Of a stretch of 43,527 nt of DNA, positions 16,668-28,352 are shown piece after piece. The position numbers were made by a program, and so were the translations under genes. The notes under the pieces are model-generated. The model made no database searches and was not told the DNA's origin. It saw only the letters and a program-made list of their open reading frames with translations. The stretch comes from an uncultured Gammaproteobacteria bacterium (GTDB lineage: Bacteria; Pseudomonadota; Gammaproteobacteria; UBA9214), in contig CAJQNP010000079.1 of the NCBI GenBank assembly GCA_905479705.1, positions 1 to 43,527 of the forward strand, written 5' to 3'. How positions within the stretch are numbered: the stretch's first letter is position 1; each line of letters begins with the position of its first letter.

Positions 16668-18846
16668 GTTTCGATATCAGCGATTCGGCTTCGTTTTTCT
16701 GCTCATCGTTGCCCTCTTCCATGACTTCACCCAGAATGCTGCGAGCACCCTCGGGGTCACCCATGTCAAGGTAGGCGCGTGCAAGATCAAGCTTGGTCGT
16801 CACCTCATCCGAGATGTCGAGCATACCTTCAGAGACATCTTCATCGTCTTCATCATTCAGCGTGAATTCAATGCTCTCCGGTAAATCATTCGCCGTGGTG
16901 TCCTCGTCGACCTGCACGATATCGATATTATGGTCGGCCAGGCTGTCCAGATCGCCGTCCATGTCGACTTCTCCTGCCACATCAGCCGGGTGGACTGCGG
17001 CTGCCCGGTAAAGATCATTGGCCGGCGACATGGCGTAGCCCATCGATGCAACCTGCATCCACGCGGCATCTTCCTCGGTCACGCCATCACGAAAGTCGCT
17101 GGCCTCGCGATCAAACGCCGTGGCATTACCTGCGGCGTGATAGACCTCAAGCAGCTTCAGCCGAATGGCATTGTCATCGGGAGAACCGGCGAGTGCCGCC
17201 TGTAACACGTCTTCGGCCTGCTGGATGCGGCCGTAGGCCAGGTAGACATCCGCCTCGGTGACCGGGTCATTCTCTTCACCGGTATCCTGAACGACCTGGT
17301 GTTCGATGTCCCCGGCACGCTCTTGTACGTCCAGGGGCTGAGGCGCCTGCTTCTGCTCGTCTGCTCCCGTACGACGTTCCATGTGTCTCTCAAGAGTCAG
17401 TTCGTCGTCAAACAGCCCTGTATCCTTTTTACGTCGCATGGAGGACCAGAGAATCCCGCCCAGCACCATGGCAACCAGTGCGCCGAGTCCTGCAAGCATC
17501 GGGTTGTCCATCAGGGTGCTTACGATGCCGCGTGGTTCGCTGTCATCTTCAATTGCAACGGCGACTTCTTCTGCAACCGCTGGCTGTTCCATGTCGACGT
17601 CTTCAGCAGCGGTTTCCTCGATTGCCCCAGGCGTTTCAATCTCCTCCGCCGCTGCGCTGTCATCAACCAGGGTCTCTTCCGGGGCATCAGAGGCGAGCCA
17701 TTGCTGCATGCCCGCGAGCTCTTCATCCTTGAGCTCAAGCAGGCGCTTCATGGTCTCGACCTGTTCTTCCAGTTCGGAGACCTGTGACTGGTATTCCTCA
17801 GTCTGTGCCTTGCTGGCTGCGGCCTCTTCGTTGGCCATGGCCAGTTGCTGGTTGAGGGATTCACTGCTGCCGGTCTCGCCCTCGGCCTCCAGCGGATCAC
17901 CGGGGGTGGCGGCACCCTCGACAGCGTCAAGATCAGGGGCCACGAGTTGCAGGCGGCTTTCACCACTGTCCGCTGTTGCTGCCACCTCGGGAGATGCCTG
18001 CTCCGGGGTCTCTTCGCTGGCGCCTGCCGGGGCTTCTGCCCCTGCGTTTTCATTCCATTCAGAGTACTGCCGCCTGCTCTCGGCGAAAGCGGCCGGGGCA
18101 GAGAGTGCCTCGATCTCGTTGCGTGTTGGCACGGCCAGGGTCACGCCGGCCTTGAGATTATTGATGTTGTTGCCGGCAAATGCCTGCGGGTTCTTGCGTT
18201 GCAGTGCCAGCATCATCTGGTGTGTGGAGATGTCGCTGCCGGGTCGCAGCCGCTCGGCAATCGACCACAGGGTCTCGTTACGCTTGATCGGGCCATAGCT
18301 GTCTGCTGAAGAAGCCGCTGGCGGTGTCGAGCTGCGTGTGACGGCAGGTGCGGGCTGGCTGGTCCGGCGTTGCGTTTGCGACGTGGCCGTGGCGGGGGGC
18401 GCCGCTGCACGGCTGACCGCTGTTAGCGGTTTTGCCGGGGTTGCCGGCATGGTAATGGGTGGGTCGACCAGTACGGTATATTCGCGCAGCAGGCGACCAT
18501 TGGGCCAGGAGAGTTCCAGCAGAAACTCGAGAAACGGTTCCTGCACGACGTTGCGGCTGGAGACCCTGATGATGGCGTTACCGCGGGTATCTTCTTCAAT
18601 CGTGAAATCAAAATCGTTCAGAATCCGTGATCTCGACAGGCCAATACGCTGGTGTGCGGCCTGCGATGCCAGGGTTACCGAAACCGTTGACAGGTCGGAG
18701 TTTGCCGATGAGGTCAGCTCGATGGCGGCGTTCATGGGCTGGTTGAGTGTCGATTGCATGTCGATCTCGCCGAGACCGAGTGCATGAAGACAGGCGGATG
18801 TGGTCAGTAACAACAGGGCTGCGGCAGCCACTGAGAGTCTGTGCAT
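16660..18846 (-). CDS. fimV: FimV/HubP-family peptidoglycan-binding polar scaffold protein
   Basis: The signal peptide is MHRLSVAAAALLLLTTSAC. The LysM block is YGPIKRNETLWSIAERL...NINNLKAGVTLAVP. There is one TM segment (LAGLGALVAMVLGGILW) and an acidic cytoplasmic region. The C-terminal FimV motif is TKLDLARAYLDMGDPEGARSILGEV. The asd-fimV-truA context matches Pseudomonas. Confidence 0.88.
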   Translation of the reverse strand: MHRLSVAAAALLLLTTSACLHALGLGEIDMQSTLNQPMNAAIELTSSANSDLSTVSVTLASQAAHQRIGLSRSRILNDFDFTIEEDTRGNAIIRVSSRNVVQEPFLEFLLELSWPNGRLLREYTVLVDPPITMPATPAKPLTAVSRAAAPPATATSQTQRRTSQPAPAVTRSSTPPAASSADSYGPIKRNETLWSIAERLRPGSDISTHQMMLALQRKNPQAFAGNNINNLKAGVTLAVPTRNEIEALSAPAAFAESRRQYSEWNENAGAEAPAGASEETPEQASPEVAATADSGESRLQLVAPDLDAVEGAATPGDPLEAEGETGSSESLNQQLAMANEEAAASKAQTEEYQSQVSELEEQVETMKRLLELKDEELAGMQQWLASDAPEETLVDDSAAAEEIETPGAIEETAAEDVDMEQPAVAEEVAVAIEDDSEPRGIVSTLMDNPMLAGLGALVAMVLGGILWSSMRRKKDTGLFDDELTLERHMERRTGADEQKQAPQPLDVQERAGDIEHQVVQDTGEENDPVTEADVYLAYGRIQQAEDVLQAALAGSPDDNAIRLKLLEVYHAAGNATAFDREASDFRDGVTEEDAAWMQVASMGYAMSPANDLYRAAAVHPADVAGEVDMDGDLDSLADHNIDIVQVDEDTTANDLPESIEFTLNDEDDEDVSEGMLDISDEVTTKLDLARAYLDMGDPEGARSILGEVMEEGNDEQKNEAESLISKLA

Positions 18847-18950
18847 ACCTAGATCACCTTTGGTTGGCTTAGCCATTGAATTCCCGTGAAAAACAGCAGT
18901 TTTACAGAACCGTTAAAAACGCCCGTGCTGCCGTGATGGCAGACTATAGC

Positions 18951-19973
<1,023 letters not shown>

Positions 19974-20011
19974 CTGGATTCAATACCGTTTATATAGACA
20001 AGGAAATATTT

Positions 20012-21094
20012 TCATTCGGGCTGCAGGGCAGCGACGACTGCATCACCCATTTCGCGGGTGCCGACCGTTTGCGTGTTTGCCGAGGCAATATCGGCCGTTC
20101 GCAGTCCACTGTCGAGCACACTGCCCACCGCGGCGTCGACGCGGTCTGCAAGTGCGGCCTCGTCGAGACTGTAACGCAGCATCATGGACACGGACAATAC
20201 GGTTGCCAGTGGATTGGCAACACCCTGGCCTGCAATATCAGGCGCCGACCCGTGGATCGGTTCGTACATGCCCTTGCCGTCCCGGTCGAGTGATGCCGAC
20301 GGTAACATGCCGATAGACCCGGTCAGCATGGCAGCGGCATCCGAGAGGATGTCACCGAACATGTTTCCGGTGACCATGACATCAAACTGTTTGGGCTCGC
20401 GCACCAGTTGCATGGCAGCATTGTCGACGTACATGTGACTCAGCTCGACGTCGCTGTATTCTTCAGCAAGCCGGGTGATAACCTGGCGCCAAAGTTCGGA
20501 TACTTCCAGTACGTTGGCCTTGTCGACAGAACACAGGCGTCCATCGCGCTTGCGTGCGATCTCAAAGGCGGAGCGACCGATGCGTTCGATCTCCGACTCG
20601 GCATATACCAGGGTATTGAAACCCTGCTGCTCACCGTTGTCGAGGGTGCGCACGCCGCGGGGCTGGCCGAAATAGATGCCGCCCGTCAGTTCGCGCACGA
20701 TCATGATATCCAGCCCGCTGACCACCTCGGGCTTCAGGGTCGAGGCATCCACCAGTTGCGGGTACAGGATCGCCGGGCGCAGGTTTGAAAACAGCGACAG
20801 TTCTGCGCGCAGCCCCAGCAGCCCCTGTTCGGGACGCAGCGGCCGGTCAAGTGATTCCCATTGCGGGCCGCCGACCGATCCCAGCAGGACGGCATCCGCC
20901 TCGCGTGCGACCTGCAGTGTCGAGTCCGGCAACGGCTGCCCCTGGGCATCATAGGCCGTACCACCAACGTCGGCCTGCTCGATCTCGACAGCAAGGCCGT
21001 ACTCGGCTGACAGAATATCCAGTACACGAACCGCTTCGGCAATGATTTCCGGGCCGATTCCGTCACCCGGGAGGATGGCTACTTTATGGCTCAT
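20012..21094 (-). CDS. leuB: 3-isopropylmalate dehydrogenase
   Basis: Motifs are [10 protein letters not shown] and NMFGDILSD. It sits in the leuCDB context. Confidence 0.95.
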   Translation of the reverse strand: MSHKVAILPGDGIGPEIIAEAVRVLDILSAEYGLAVEIEQADVGGTAYDAQGQPLPDSTLQVAREADAVLLGSVGGPQWESLDRPLRPEQGLLGLRAELSLFSNLRPAILYPQLVDASTLKPEVVSGLDIMIVRELTGGIYFGQPRGVRTLDNGEQQGFNTLVYAESEIERIGRSAFEIARKRDGRLCSVDKANVLEVSELWRQVITRLAEEYSDVELSHMYVDNAAMQLVREPKQFDVMVTGNMFGDILSDAAAMLTGSIGMLPSASLDRDGKGMYEPIHGSAPDIAGQGVANPLATVLSVSMMLRYSLDEAALADRVDAAVGSVLDSGLRTADIASANTQTVGTREMGDAVVAALQPE

Positions 21095-21110
21095 GGTTAC
21101 AAATCAGTGT

Positions 21111-21761
21111 TTATTGGTGCGGGGTATCATACAGCCACGGCGCAGCCTGCCGGTGTTTTTCTTCAAAGGCACTGATCTCTGCGGCATGCTCCAGTGTGAG
21201 GCCGATATCATCCAGCCCGTGAATGTGACAGTGCTTGCGAAACGGGTCGATCTCGAATTCGATCTCCTCGTCATTCGGCAGGATGATTTTCTGGGACGGC
21301 AGATCTACCAGCAGGCGATAGCCATGGTTTTCCATGACCTCGTTAAAGAGACGCTCGACGATCTCTTCATCCAGCACAATCGGCAGCAGGCCGTTCTTGT
21401 GGCAATTATGGAAAAAGATTTCGGCAAAGCTGGGTGCGATTACCACGCGTATGCCGTGATCCGTCAGCGCCCACACGGCGTGCTCGCGCGATGAGCCACA
21501 GCCGAAGTTGTGACGGCCCAGCAAAATGCTCGCGCCTTCATAGCGCGGGTGATTCAGTACGAAATCCGGGTTTTTCCTGCGTGTGGCCGGGTCCATGCCG
21601 GGTTCACCGTGGTCGTGATAACGCCATTCGTCAAACAGGTGTTGTCCGAAGCCAGTGCGCTTGATTGACTTCAGAAACTGCTTGGGAATGATCGCATCCG
21701 TGTCGACATTGTGCCGGTCGAGTGGTACGACGATGCCATGATGTTTGGCAAATTTCTCCAT
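21111..21761 (-). CDS. leuD: 3-isopropylmalate dehydratase small subunit
   Basis: The [14 protein letters not shown] motif is present. It lies immediately downstream of leuC with a 3-nt gap. Confidence 0.95.
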   Translation of the reverse strand: MEKFAKHHGIVVPLDRHNVDTDAIIPKQFLKSIKRTGFGQHLFDEWRYHDHGEPGMDPATRRKNPDFVLNHPRYEGASILLGRHNFGCGSSREHAVWALTDHGIRVVIAPSFAEIFFHNCHKNGLLPIVLDEEIVERLFNEVMENHGYRLLVDLPSQKIILPNDEEIEFEIDPFRKHCHIHGLDDIGLTLEHAAEISAFEEKHRQAAPWLYDTPHQ

Positions 21762-21764
21762 GAT

Positions 21765-23174
21765 TCAGTCCTGCTCCTGGCGAACATCCGCGAAGTGACC
21801 ATGAACGGCAGCCGCGGCAGCCATCGCCGGGCTGACCAGGTGTGTACGACCGCCCTGCCCCTGGCGGCCCTCGAAATTCCGGTTGGAGGTCGAGGCACAG
21901 CGGTCTCCCGGTGCAAGGCGATCGGCATTCATGGCCAGGCACATGGAGCAGCCTGGCTCGCGCCATTCAAAGCCGGCCTCGGTAAATACACGATCAAGCC
22001 CCTCGGCTTCCGCCTGGCGCTTGACCAGGCCGGAACCGGGTACGACCAGCGCCTGCTTGATGCCCGGGTCGACCTTGCGACCGCGAATGGCCGCCGCGGC
22101 CGCACGCAGGTCCTCGATGCGGGCATTGGTGCAGGAGCCGATGAATACATGGTCCGGACGTATGTCGGAGATGGGCGTGCCGGGCTCCAGGCCCATGTAG
22201 GCAAGCGCGTTGCGCATGCCCTCTCGTCTCACGCTGTCGGTTTCGTCATTCGGGTTCGGTACCACGCCATCAATGGAGGTCACCATCTCCGGTGAGGTGC
22301 CCCAGGTTACCTGCGGCTGAATCGCCGCGGCATTCAGGATCACGGTCTCGTCAAACACGGCATCGCTGTCACTGTGCAGGTCACGCCAGCTGGCAACGGC
22401 CTGCTCCCGGTGTTCGCTCGCGGGTGCATAGGGACGGTCACGCAGGTACTCGATGGTGGTGTCGTCAACGGCGACCATGCCGGCGCGCGCACCGGCCTCG
22501 ATGGCCATGTTGCAGACGGTCATACGACCCTCCATCGACAGCTGCTGTATGGCACTGCCGGTAAATTCAATGGCACAACCGGTTCCACCGGCCGTCCCGA
22601 TCCTGCCGATGATGGCGAGCACGACATCCTTGGCGGACACGCCTGCTGCCAGTTCGCCCTCGACACGGATTTCAAGGTTCTTCGACTTCTTCAGAATCAG
22701 GCACTGCGTCGCCAGCACGTGTTCGACATCCGAGGTGCCGATGCCGAACGCGAGCGCACCGAACGCGCCATGGGTCGACGTGTGCGAGTCGCCACACACC
22801 ACGGTCATGCCCGGCAGGGTCGCGCCCTGCTCCGGACCGATGACGTGGACGATACCCTGGCGCGGGTCGTTCATCAGGAATTCCGTGATGCCCAGGTCGG
22901 CACAGTTCTGGTCCAGCGTTTCCACCTGCAGCCTGGAGATCGGGTCGGCGATGCCCGCCGAGCGGTCGGTGGTCGGGACATTGTGGTCCGGCACGGCAAG
23001 GATCGAGTCCGTGCGCCAGGGCTTGCGCCCGGCCATGCGCAGTCCTTCAAAGGCCTGTGGTGAGGTCACCTCGTGCACCAGGTGGCGGTCGATATAAATC
23101 AGCGCCGTGCCGTCATCGTCCTGACGAACGAGATGGGATTCCCAGAGTTTGTCGTAGAGTGTCTTGCCGGACAT
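21765..23174 (-). CDS. leuC: 3-isopropylmalate dehydratase large subunit
   Basis: The N-terminus is [14 protein letters not shown]. The aconitase-family Fe-S ligand motifs are [18 protein letters not shown] and CSMCLAMN. Confidence 0.95.
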   Translation of the reverse strand: MSGKTLYDKLWESHLVRQDDDGTALIYIDRHLVHEVTSPQAFEGLRMAGRKPWRTDSILAVPDHNVPTTDRSAGIADPISRLQVETLDQNCADLGITEFLMNDPRQGIVHVIGPEQGATLPGMTVVCGDSHTSTHGAFGALAFGIGTSDVEHVLATQCLILKKSKNLEIRVEGELAAGVSAKDVVLAIIGRIGTAGGTGCAIEFTGSAIQQLSMEGRMTVCNMAIEAGARAGMVAVDDTTIEYLRDRPYAPASEHREQAVASWRDLHSDSDAVFDETVILNAAAIQPQVTWGTSPEMVTSIDGVVPNPNDETDSVRREGMRNALAYMGLEPGTPISDIRPDHVFIGSCTNARIEDLRAAAAAIRGRKVDPGIKQALVVPGSGLVKRQAEAEGLDRVFTEAGFEWREPGCSMCLAMNADRLAPGDRCASTSNRNFEGRQGQGGRTHLVSPAMAAAAAVHGHFADVRQEQD

Positions 23175-23253
23175 GGATGGTCACCGTACTGCCTGTTCTG
23201 TCTGTAAAACGCCGCAGTATATCGTAACCGGCTAATGAAGCCATCCATTCCAT

Positions 23254-24393
23254 TTAAGTCTCGGGGATATTGCGCATCCCGAAGTGCACCACCAGCAGTG
23301 CGGCGAGACTGGTAACGGCAGCGACCAGGAACATGGCCCGGGGTCCCATGTCCGTCCACAGGTAACCGCTGAGCAACGCCCCGACTGCACCGCCGGCACC
23401 GAAACTGATGCTGCTGTAGAGGGCCTGCCCGCGACCCTGGTGAGCGCCGACAAACAGGCTGTGGATCAGCGCAATCATCACGGCATGGTAGAGGCCGAAG
23501 CTGGCCGCGTGCAGCGTCTGGCTGAAGATCATCACGCCCAGCCTGTCGGGAAACAATGCCGTCAGCAGCCAGCGCAGTGTGGTTAGCACGATCGCGGCCA
23601 GCAGCAGTGTGCGTGCCCCGAAGCGCGGCAACAGCATCGGAACCAGCAGGAAGATGATGATCTCTGCAAACACGCCCAGTGCCCACAGCTGGCCGATGAG
23701 CATGGTCGAGTAGCCAAAGCGTTCCATGTAGATACTGAAAAAGGCGTAGTACGGACCGTGGCTGGCCTGTACCAGGAAACACACCAGCAGCAGTGATACC
23801 ACGACCCGTCGGCCCAGCACCTGGCGCAGTGGTTCCTGGACCAGCGGCAGGTGGCCGGCAGCCGATTCAGGTACGGCCAGGCTGCTCAACCAGATCAGCA
23901 CGAACAGCCCCATCAACACCGCGGGCAGTATCCCCGTGCCGGTGATGCCCAGGACCGTGCCCAGGCCACTGACGGCCAGGATGAAACCAATGGACCCCCA
24001 CAGGCGAATACCGCTGTAGCGGTGCAGGTCATCACCGAGGTGGTTCATGGTGGTGGCCTCAAACTGCGGGAGCGAGGCATTCCAGAAAAAACTGAATACC
24101 GTCATCACCAGTGCCAGCGACCAGAAGCCGTCGCTGATAAACACACCCGCAAAGGTAATGGCAGCCAGCAGGGAGCCGATGCGAATGATCAGCATGCGGT
24201 TACCGGTGTGATCGGCGATCCAGCCCCAGATGTTCGGTGCAACGATCTTGGTGGCCAAGAGAATGGCAACCAGTTGACCGATCTCGGTCACGCTGTAATC
24301 GAGCGACTCCAGGTAGAGGCCCCAGTAAGGCAGCAGTGCGCCGAGCGAGGCAAAATAAAACAGGTAGAAACCGGACAGCCGCCAGTAAATCAT
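23254..24393 (-). CDS. MFS transporter (HcaT / MFS_1-like type)
   Basis: It has about 12 hydrophobic segments. The N-terminus MIYWRLSGFYLFYFASLGALLPYW is typical of the 3-phenylpropionate-transporter-like MFS group. The aroC-MFS adjacency also occurs in Pseudomonas. The start at 24393 is preferred over 24471, which would overlap aroC by 40 nt. The substrate is unknown. Confidence 0.8.
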   Translation of the reverse strand: MIYWRLSGFYLFYFASLGALLPYWGLYLESLDYSVTEIGQLVAILLATKIVAPNIWGWIADHTGNRMLIIRIGSLLAAITFAGVFISDGFWSLALVMTVFSFFWNASLPQFEATTMNHLGDDLHRYSGIRLWGSIGFILAVSGLGTVLGITGTGILPAVLMGLFVLIWLSSLAVPESAAGHLPLVQEPLRQVLGRRVVVSLLLVCFLVQASHGPYYAFFSIYMERFGYSTMLIGQLWALGVFAEIIIFLLVPMLLPRFGARTLLLAAIVLTTLRWLLTALFPDRLGVMIFSQTLHAASFGLYHAVMIALIHSLFVGAHQGRGQALYSSISFGAGGAVGALLSGYLWTDMGPRAMFLVAAVTSLAALLVVHFGMRNIPET

Positions 24394-24431
24394 GTCACTG
24401 TGCCAGTACGGTGCAGCGGGGTGCTGTGCAG

Positions 24432-25535
24432 TCAGTCGGCCGGGGCTGCCGGGATGACCGGTGTCGTGCAAGTGACATCCATATTTTGTGCGCGCTGACG
24501 CAGCACGTGGTCCATCAACACGATCGCCAGCATGGCCTCCGCGATGGGTGTGGCACGGATTCCGACACAGGGATCATGTCGACCGGTGGTCACGACCTCT
24601 ACCGGGTTGCCATCGATATCCACCGTGCGTCCCGGTATGCGAATACTGGAGGTAGGTTTCAGTGCAATGCTGGTCACGATGTCCTGACCGCTGGAGATCC
24701 CGCCGAGGGTGCCGCCGGCGTGGTTACTGAGGAAACCGTCGGGGGTGATCTCGTCGCGGTGTTCGGTGCCCTTCTGGTTAACACTGGCAAAGCCGTCACC
24801 GATCTCGACACCCTTGACGGCATTGATGCTCATCATGGCATGGGCGATGTCGGCATCCAGCCGGTCGAAGATCGGTTCACCGAGCCCCGGAGGCAGGCCG
24901 CTGGCAACGACGTTGATGCGTGCGCCCACGGAATCGCCTTCCTTGCGCAGCGCATCCATGTAGGCCTCCAGCTCGGGAACGCGCGACGGGTCCGGTGAGA
25001 AGAACGGATTCTGATCGATGCTGGACCAGTCCTTGAGTTCCAGCTCGATGGGGCCGAGCTGCGCCAGGTAACCGCGAATTCCGACACCGTAACGCACTTG
25101 CAGGTATTTTCGGGCGATGGCGCCCGCGGCAACCCGCATGGCTGTCTCGCGTGCAGAGGAGCGCCCCCCGCCGCGATAGTCACGCAGGCCGTACTTTTGC
25201 TGGTAGGTGTAGTCCGCATGGCCGGGGCGAAACCGGTCCTTGATCTTGGAATAGTCCTTGGAACGCTGATCGGTGTTGTGGATGATCAGGCCGATCGGTG
25301 AACCGGTAGTCTGGCCTTCAAAGACGCCCGAGAGGATCTGTACCTCGTCGGCTTCACGGCGTTGTGTGGTGTGCCGTGACTTGCCAGGCTTGCGACGGTC
25401 CAGTTCGCCCTGCAGGTCTGCCTCGGACAGTTCCAGGCCGGGTGGGCAGCCATCGACGATGCAGCCCAGAGCAAGTCCGTGGCTCTCGCCAAAACCGGTT
25501 ACAGTGAATAATTTTCCGAAGCTGTTTCCTGACAT
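24432..25535 (-). CDS. aroC: Chorismate synthase
   Basis: Motifs are [29 protein letters not shown] and RHDPCV. Confidence 0.95.
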   Translation of the reverse strand: MSGNSFGKLFTVTGFGESHGLALGCIVDGCPPGLELSEADLQGELDRRKPGKSRHTTQRREADEVQILSGVFEGQTTGSPIGLIIHNTDQRSKDYSKIKDRFRPGHADYTYQQKYGLRDYRGGGRSSARETAMRVAAGAIARKYLQVRYGVGIRGYLAQLGPIELELKDWSSIDQNPFFSPDPSRVPELEAYMDALRKEGDSVGARINVVASGLPPGLGEPIFDRLDADIAHAMMSINAVKGVEIGDGFASVNQKGTEHRDEITPDGFLSNHAGGTLGGISSGQDIVTSIALKPTSSIRIPGRTVDIDGNPVEVVTTGRHDPCVGIRATPIAEAMLAIVLMDHVLRQRAQNMDVTCTTPVIPAAPAD

Positions 25536-25646
25536 CGGCTTATTGTAACGACTCGAAGGCGTAGCGTCGCCCCCAAATTAAAGAACCAGTAGGCTGTTCC
25601 GATATGCCTTGTGTATCTGTCAATCACGTCATCTAGGGAGACTATC

Positions 25647-25847
25647 GTGGCACAATCTCAGGCACAGCGGGCATCACTGGTCGGCAACTATCTCGGTCAA
25701 CCCATCTACCAGACAATCGAGTCACGCAGCGGAACCTACATCTTTGACCGCATCGCGGAAAGCGTGGATGGAGAATTTCCACTGGATCAGCTCAGCAAGG
25801 ATGAACTGCTGATTCGCCCCGGACTGATCTACAAACCGAAGTCCTGA
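25647..25847 (+). CDS. Small hypothetical protein (66 aa)
   Basis: This is track ORF 25611..25847. The in-frame GTG at 25647 has GGGAG 6 nt upstream. I recognise no family. It converges on the 104-aa gene. Confidence 0.45.
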   Translation: MAQSQAQRASLVGNYLGQPIYQTIESRSGTYIFDRIAESVDGEFPLDQLSKDELLIRPGLIYKPKS

Positions 25848-25871
25848 AGCAATATTAAACGGGGCAGACGA

Positions 25872-26186
25872 TTAACCCCCGGTATCCAGGCCCTCGCGGT
25901 GGGTCCGGTTGATATCGTAAAACAGCCTTATAAACGGTAGATCATCATCATTGCGTGTCTTCACGATGCGCATGAACGGTAAGTCATAGCGACCGAACTG
26001 GTAACTGCCATCCGCCATGGTCGCGCGCATCTCGCGGACCTCCTTGAGCAATACCTCGATGTAGTCGGTGCTGCTTTCAACATCCTCGTAATCAAAGCTT
26101 GTGGCATCCAGCATATCCTGCAATTCGCCAATGACCTGGTCTACCAGACCGGCATATTCTTCAGCACTTGTGGCTCGTCCACCCAT
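25872..26186 (-). CDS. Hypothetical acidic protein (104 aa), translationally coupled to prmB
   Basis: ATG 26186 is preceded by GAGG, which overlaps the prmB stop codon (..AAG TGA GGT AAA CC ATG). The gap to prmB is 8 nt. I recognise no family. Confidence 0.7.
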   Translation of the reverse strand: MGGRATSAEEYAGLVDQVIGELQDMLDATSFDYEDVESSTDYIEVLLKEVREMRATMADGSYQFGRYDLPFMRIVKTRNDDDLPFIRLFYDINRTHREGLDTGG

Positions 26187-26194
26187 GGTTTACC

Positions 26195-27133
26195 TCACTT
26201 CTGTTGTGTTCGTTGTGACAGCCCTTCAGCTGCCTGTTCGAATTCCGACCGGTACTGGCGCAGTTGTCTGGCATCCAGCATGAACACCCCGGTCCCGCCA
26301 TATTCGAAATCAAACCACATGAACGGCACCCCGGGGAACCGCTCTGCCAGCAAGTCCTGCGTATGGCCAACCTCGACGACCAGGATGCCCTGTGGACTCA
26401 GGAAGTCAGCGGCATGACACAGTATCTCGATGACAATATCCAGTCCCTCCGTGCCGGCAAACAGCCCGAGCGATGGCTCATGCCCGAATTCAGGGGCCAG
26501 GGTCTGCTGCTCCTCGCTGGGCACATACGGCGGGTTGACCACGATAATGTCATAGGTCCTGCCCTGCAATGCGTCAAACACGTCTGACTCGATTGCGCTG
26601 ACACGTTCTGCCAGCCCGTGCCGCCCGATGTTTTCTGTCGCGACGGCAAGCGCGTCCGTGGAGATGTCACTCAGGTCGACCAGGGCATCGGGAAACGCAA
26701 ACGCACAGGCAATACCGATACAACCGCCGCCGGTACACATGTCGAGCATGCGGTGCACCTGGTCGGGTTGTATCCAGGGGGCGAAGCGCGACTCGATCAA
26801 CTCGGCGATCGGCGAGCGTGGCACCAGCACACGTTCGTCGACGTAAAACGGCAGACCGGCAAACCATGCCTCCTGTAACAGGTAGGCGGCTGGTTTGCGG
26901 CTGCTCAGACGCTGCTCGAGAAGGCCCCTGACGCGCCTGCTGTCGGCGTCGCTGATGATCGTATCGAGCACGCTGTCCGGCTGGTCATAATCGATCTGCA
27001 GGGTACGCATGACCAGGTAAGCGGCCTCGTCGAGTGCATTGTCGGTGCCATGGGCATAGACCAGCCCGGCGCGTTCAAAGCGCTCTGCGCCCCACTGTAT
27101 CAGCGCGCGTGGTGTGTCCAGTTGCTCGGCCAT
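26195..27133 (-). CDS. prmB: Ribosomal protein uL3 glutamine N5-methyltransferase
   Basis: It carries the SAM-binding MLDMCTGGGCIG motif and the catalytic VVNPPY motif. It sits in the aroC-prmB neighbourhood as in E. coli. Confidence 0.9.
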   Translation of the reverse strand: MAEQLDTPRALIQWGAERFERAGLVYAHGTDNALDEAAYLVMRTLQIDYDQPDSVLDTIISDADSRRVRGLLEQRLSSRKPAAYLLQEAWFAGLPFYVDERVLVPRSPIAELIESRFAPWIQPDQVHRMLDMCTGGGCIGIACAFAFPDALVDLSDISTDALAVATENIGRHGLAERVSAIESDVFDALQGRTYDIIVVNPPYVPSEEQQTLAPEFGHEPSLGLFAGTEGLDIVIEILCHAADFLSPQGILVVEVGHTQDLLAERFPGVPFMWFDFEYGGTGVFMLDARQLRQYRSEFEQAAEGLSQRTQQK

Positions 27134-27199
27134 GGCGGTTTGCCCTTATCAATTCCGGAGTAGTGTATCGCGTCAGGGTCTATGGAATAATCCCCGACC

Positions 27200-27847
27200 A
27201 TGAATTCCTCGCGATCCTCCATGAAGCCCGCGCAGATCCTGATCGGCGTGATTATAGCCACACTGGCCGTCACGGCCGGGTTCTGGGCTGCACAGGCGGT
27301 ACTGAAAGACCGGGCGCCCCGGCATGACCTGTCAGCCACGCGCTTTCCCGTGGCCAGGGATATTCAACCGTTTGAGCTGATTGATCATCACTCGGCAGCG
27401 TTTGACCAGGACGCGCTGCAGCAGCACTGGTCGTTCGTGTTTTTTGGTTACACCTATTGCCCGGATGTCTGCCCGACCACGCTGTCGGTACTCAACGGTG
27501 TGGCGCAACGCCTGCAGGATGTCGATGCGGATGTTCGCTTTGTCATGGTCACCGTGGATCCCGAGCGCGATACACCCGAGCGGCTGGCCGAGTACGTGAC
27601 CTACTTCAACGGTGATTTCCTGGGTGTCACGGGCAGCGATGCAGGGCTGACGCAGCTGACCAGACAACTCGGTATCCTCTACAATCGCGTCGAACCCGAG
27701 GATGGCGCTGCAGGATACCTGATTGATCATACAGCCGGCGTGTTCCTGTTCGATCCCGATGGGCGCTACCACGCGGTGTTCACACCTCCGCTCTCTGCCG
27801 ACAGGCTTGCCGGCGATTTTCGCAAGATGCTGCAGGACTACCAATGA
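27200..27847 (+). CDS. SCO1/SenC-family copper chaperone / thiol-disulfide oxidoreductase
   Basis: It has an N-terminal membrane anchor, a thioredoxin-fold CxxxC motif (YTYCPDVCPTT), and the distal His in LIDHTAGVFLFD. Confidence 0.9.
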   Translation: MNSSRSSMKPAQILIGVIIATLAVTAGFWAAQAVLKDRAPRHDLSATRFPVARDIQPFELIDHHSAAFDQDALQQHWSFVFFGYTYCPDVCPTTLSVLNGVAQRLQDVDADVRFVMVTVDPERDTPERLAEYVTYFNGDFLGVTGSDAGLTQLTRQLGILYNRVEPEDGAAGYLIDHTAGVFLFDPDGRYHAVFTPPLSADRLAGDFRKMLQDYQ

Positions 27848-28326
27848 ATACGATCAAGACAGGTTTGCTAACGACACTGCTGCTGGCTTGCCTGTGCATG
27901 CTGCAGGCGGTCCAGGCTGAATCACCAATTGCTATCGACGCGGCCTGGATACGCGAGGCACCGCCCGCCACCTCGGTGCTGGCTGCCTACATGACCATCA
28001 ACAATGCCAGCGAGACTGATCAGCAGATTACCGGCATGGACAGTCCGGACTTCAGGTCCGCAGAGATTCACCGCACGGTTGTCGAGGACGGTGTTGCAAA
28101 GATGTTGCCGGTATCCGGACTGGATGTCGCTGCCGGCGGCAGCGTCAGTCTCGAACCGGGCGGTCTGCATGTCATGCTGTTTGACCCGCAGCGCCCGCTG
28201 CGCGAGGGCGATACTGCAACACTGGTTGTTCACACGGCCAGTGGTGCGGCCATCAGCGTACAGGCCACTGTCGTACGCAAGACGGGTGATGATGCTGGTC
28301 ACGATCATGCGCACCACCATCATTAA
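27844..28326 (+). CDS. Periplasmic copper chaperone PCu(A)C (DUF461) with His-rich C-terminal tail
   Basis: It has a signal peptide. The AAYMTINN, GGLHVMLFD and DTATLVV blocks are typical of PCuAC. The tail is DDAGHDHAHHHH. Its ATG overlaps the SCO1 stop (ATGA). Confidence 0.85.
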   Translation: MNTIKTGLLTTLLLACLCMLQAVQAESPIAIDAAWIREAPPATSVLAAYMTINNASETDQQITGMDSPDFRSAEIHRTVVEDGVAKMLPVSGLDVAAGGSVSLEPGGLHVMLFDPQRPLREGDTATLVVHTASGAAISVQATVVRKTGDDAGHDHAHHHH

Positions 28327-28352
28327 CGCAGCTTTTCGATTGGCGTATTCAC

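Noticed and set aside
23175-23253. A possible leucine leader peptide or attenuator upstream of leuC.
   Set aside because: The 79-nt spacer contains no short ORF with consecutive Leu codons and no terminator-like hairpin with a U run. It has only a weak TATACT -10-like hexamer.
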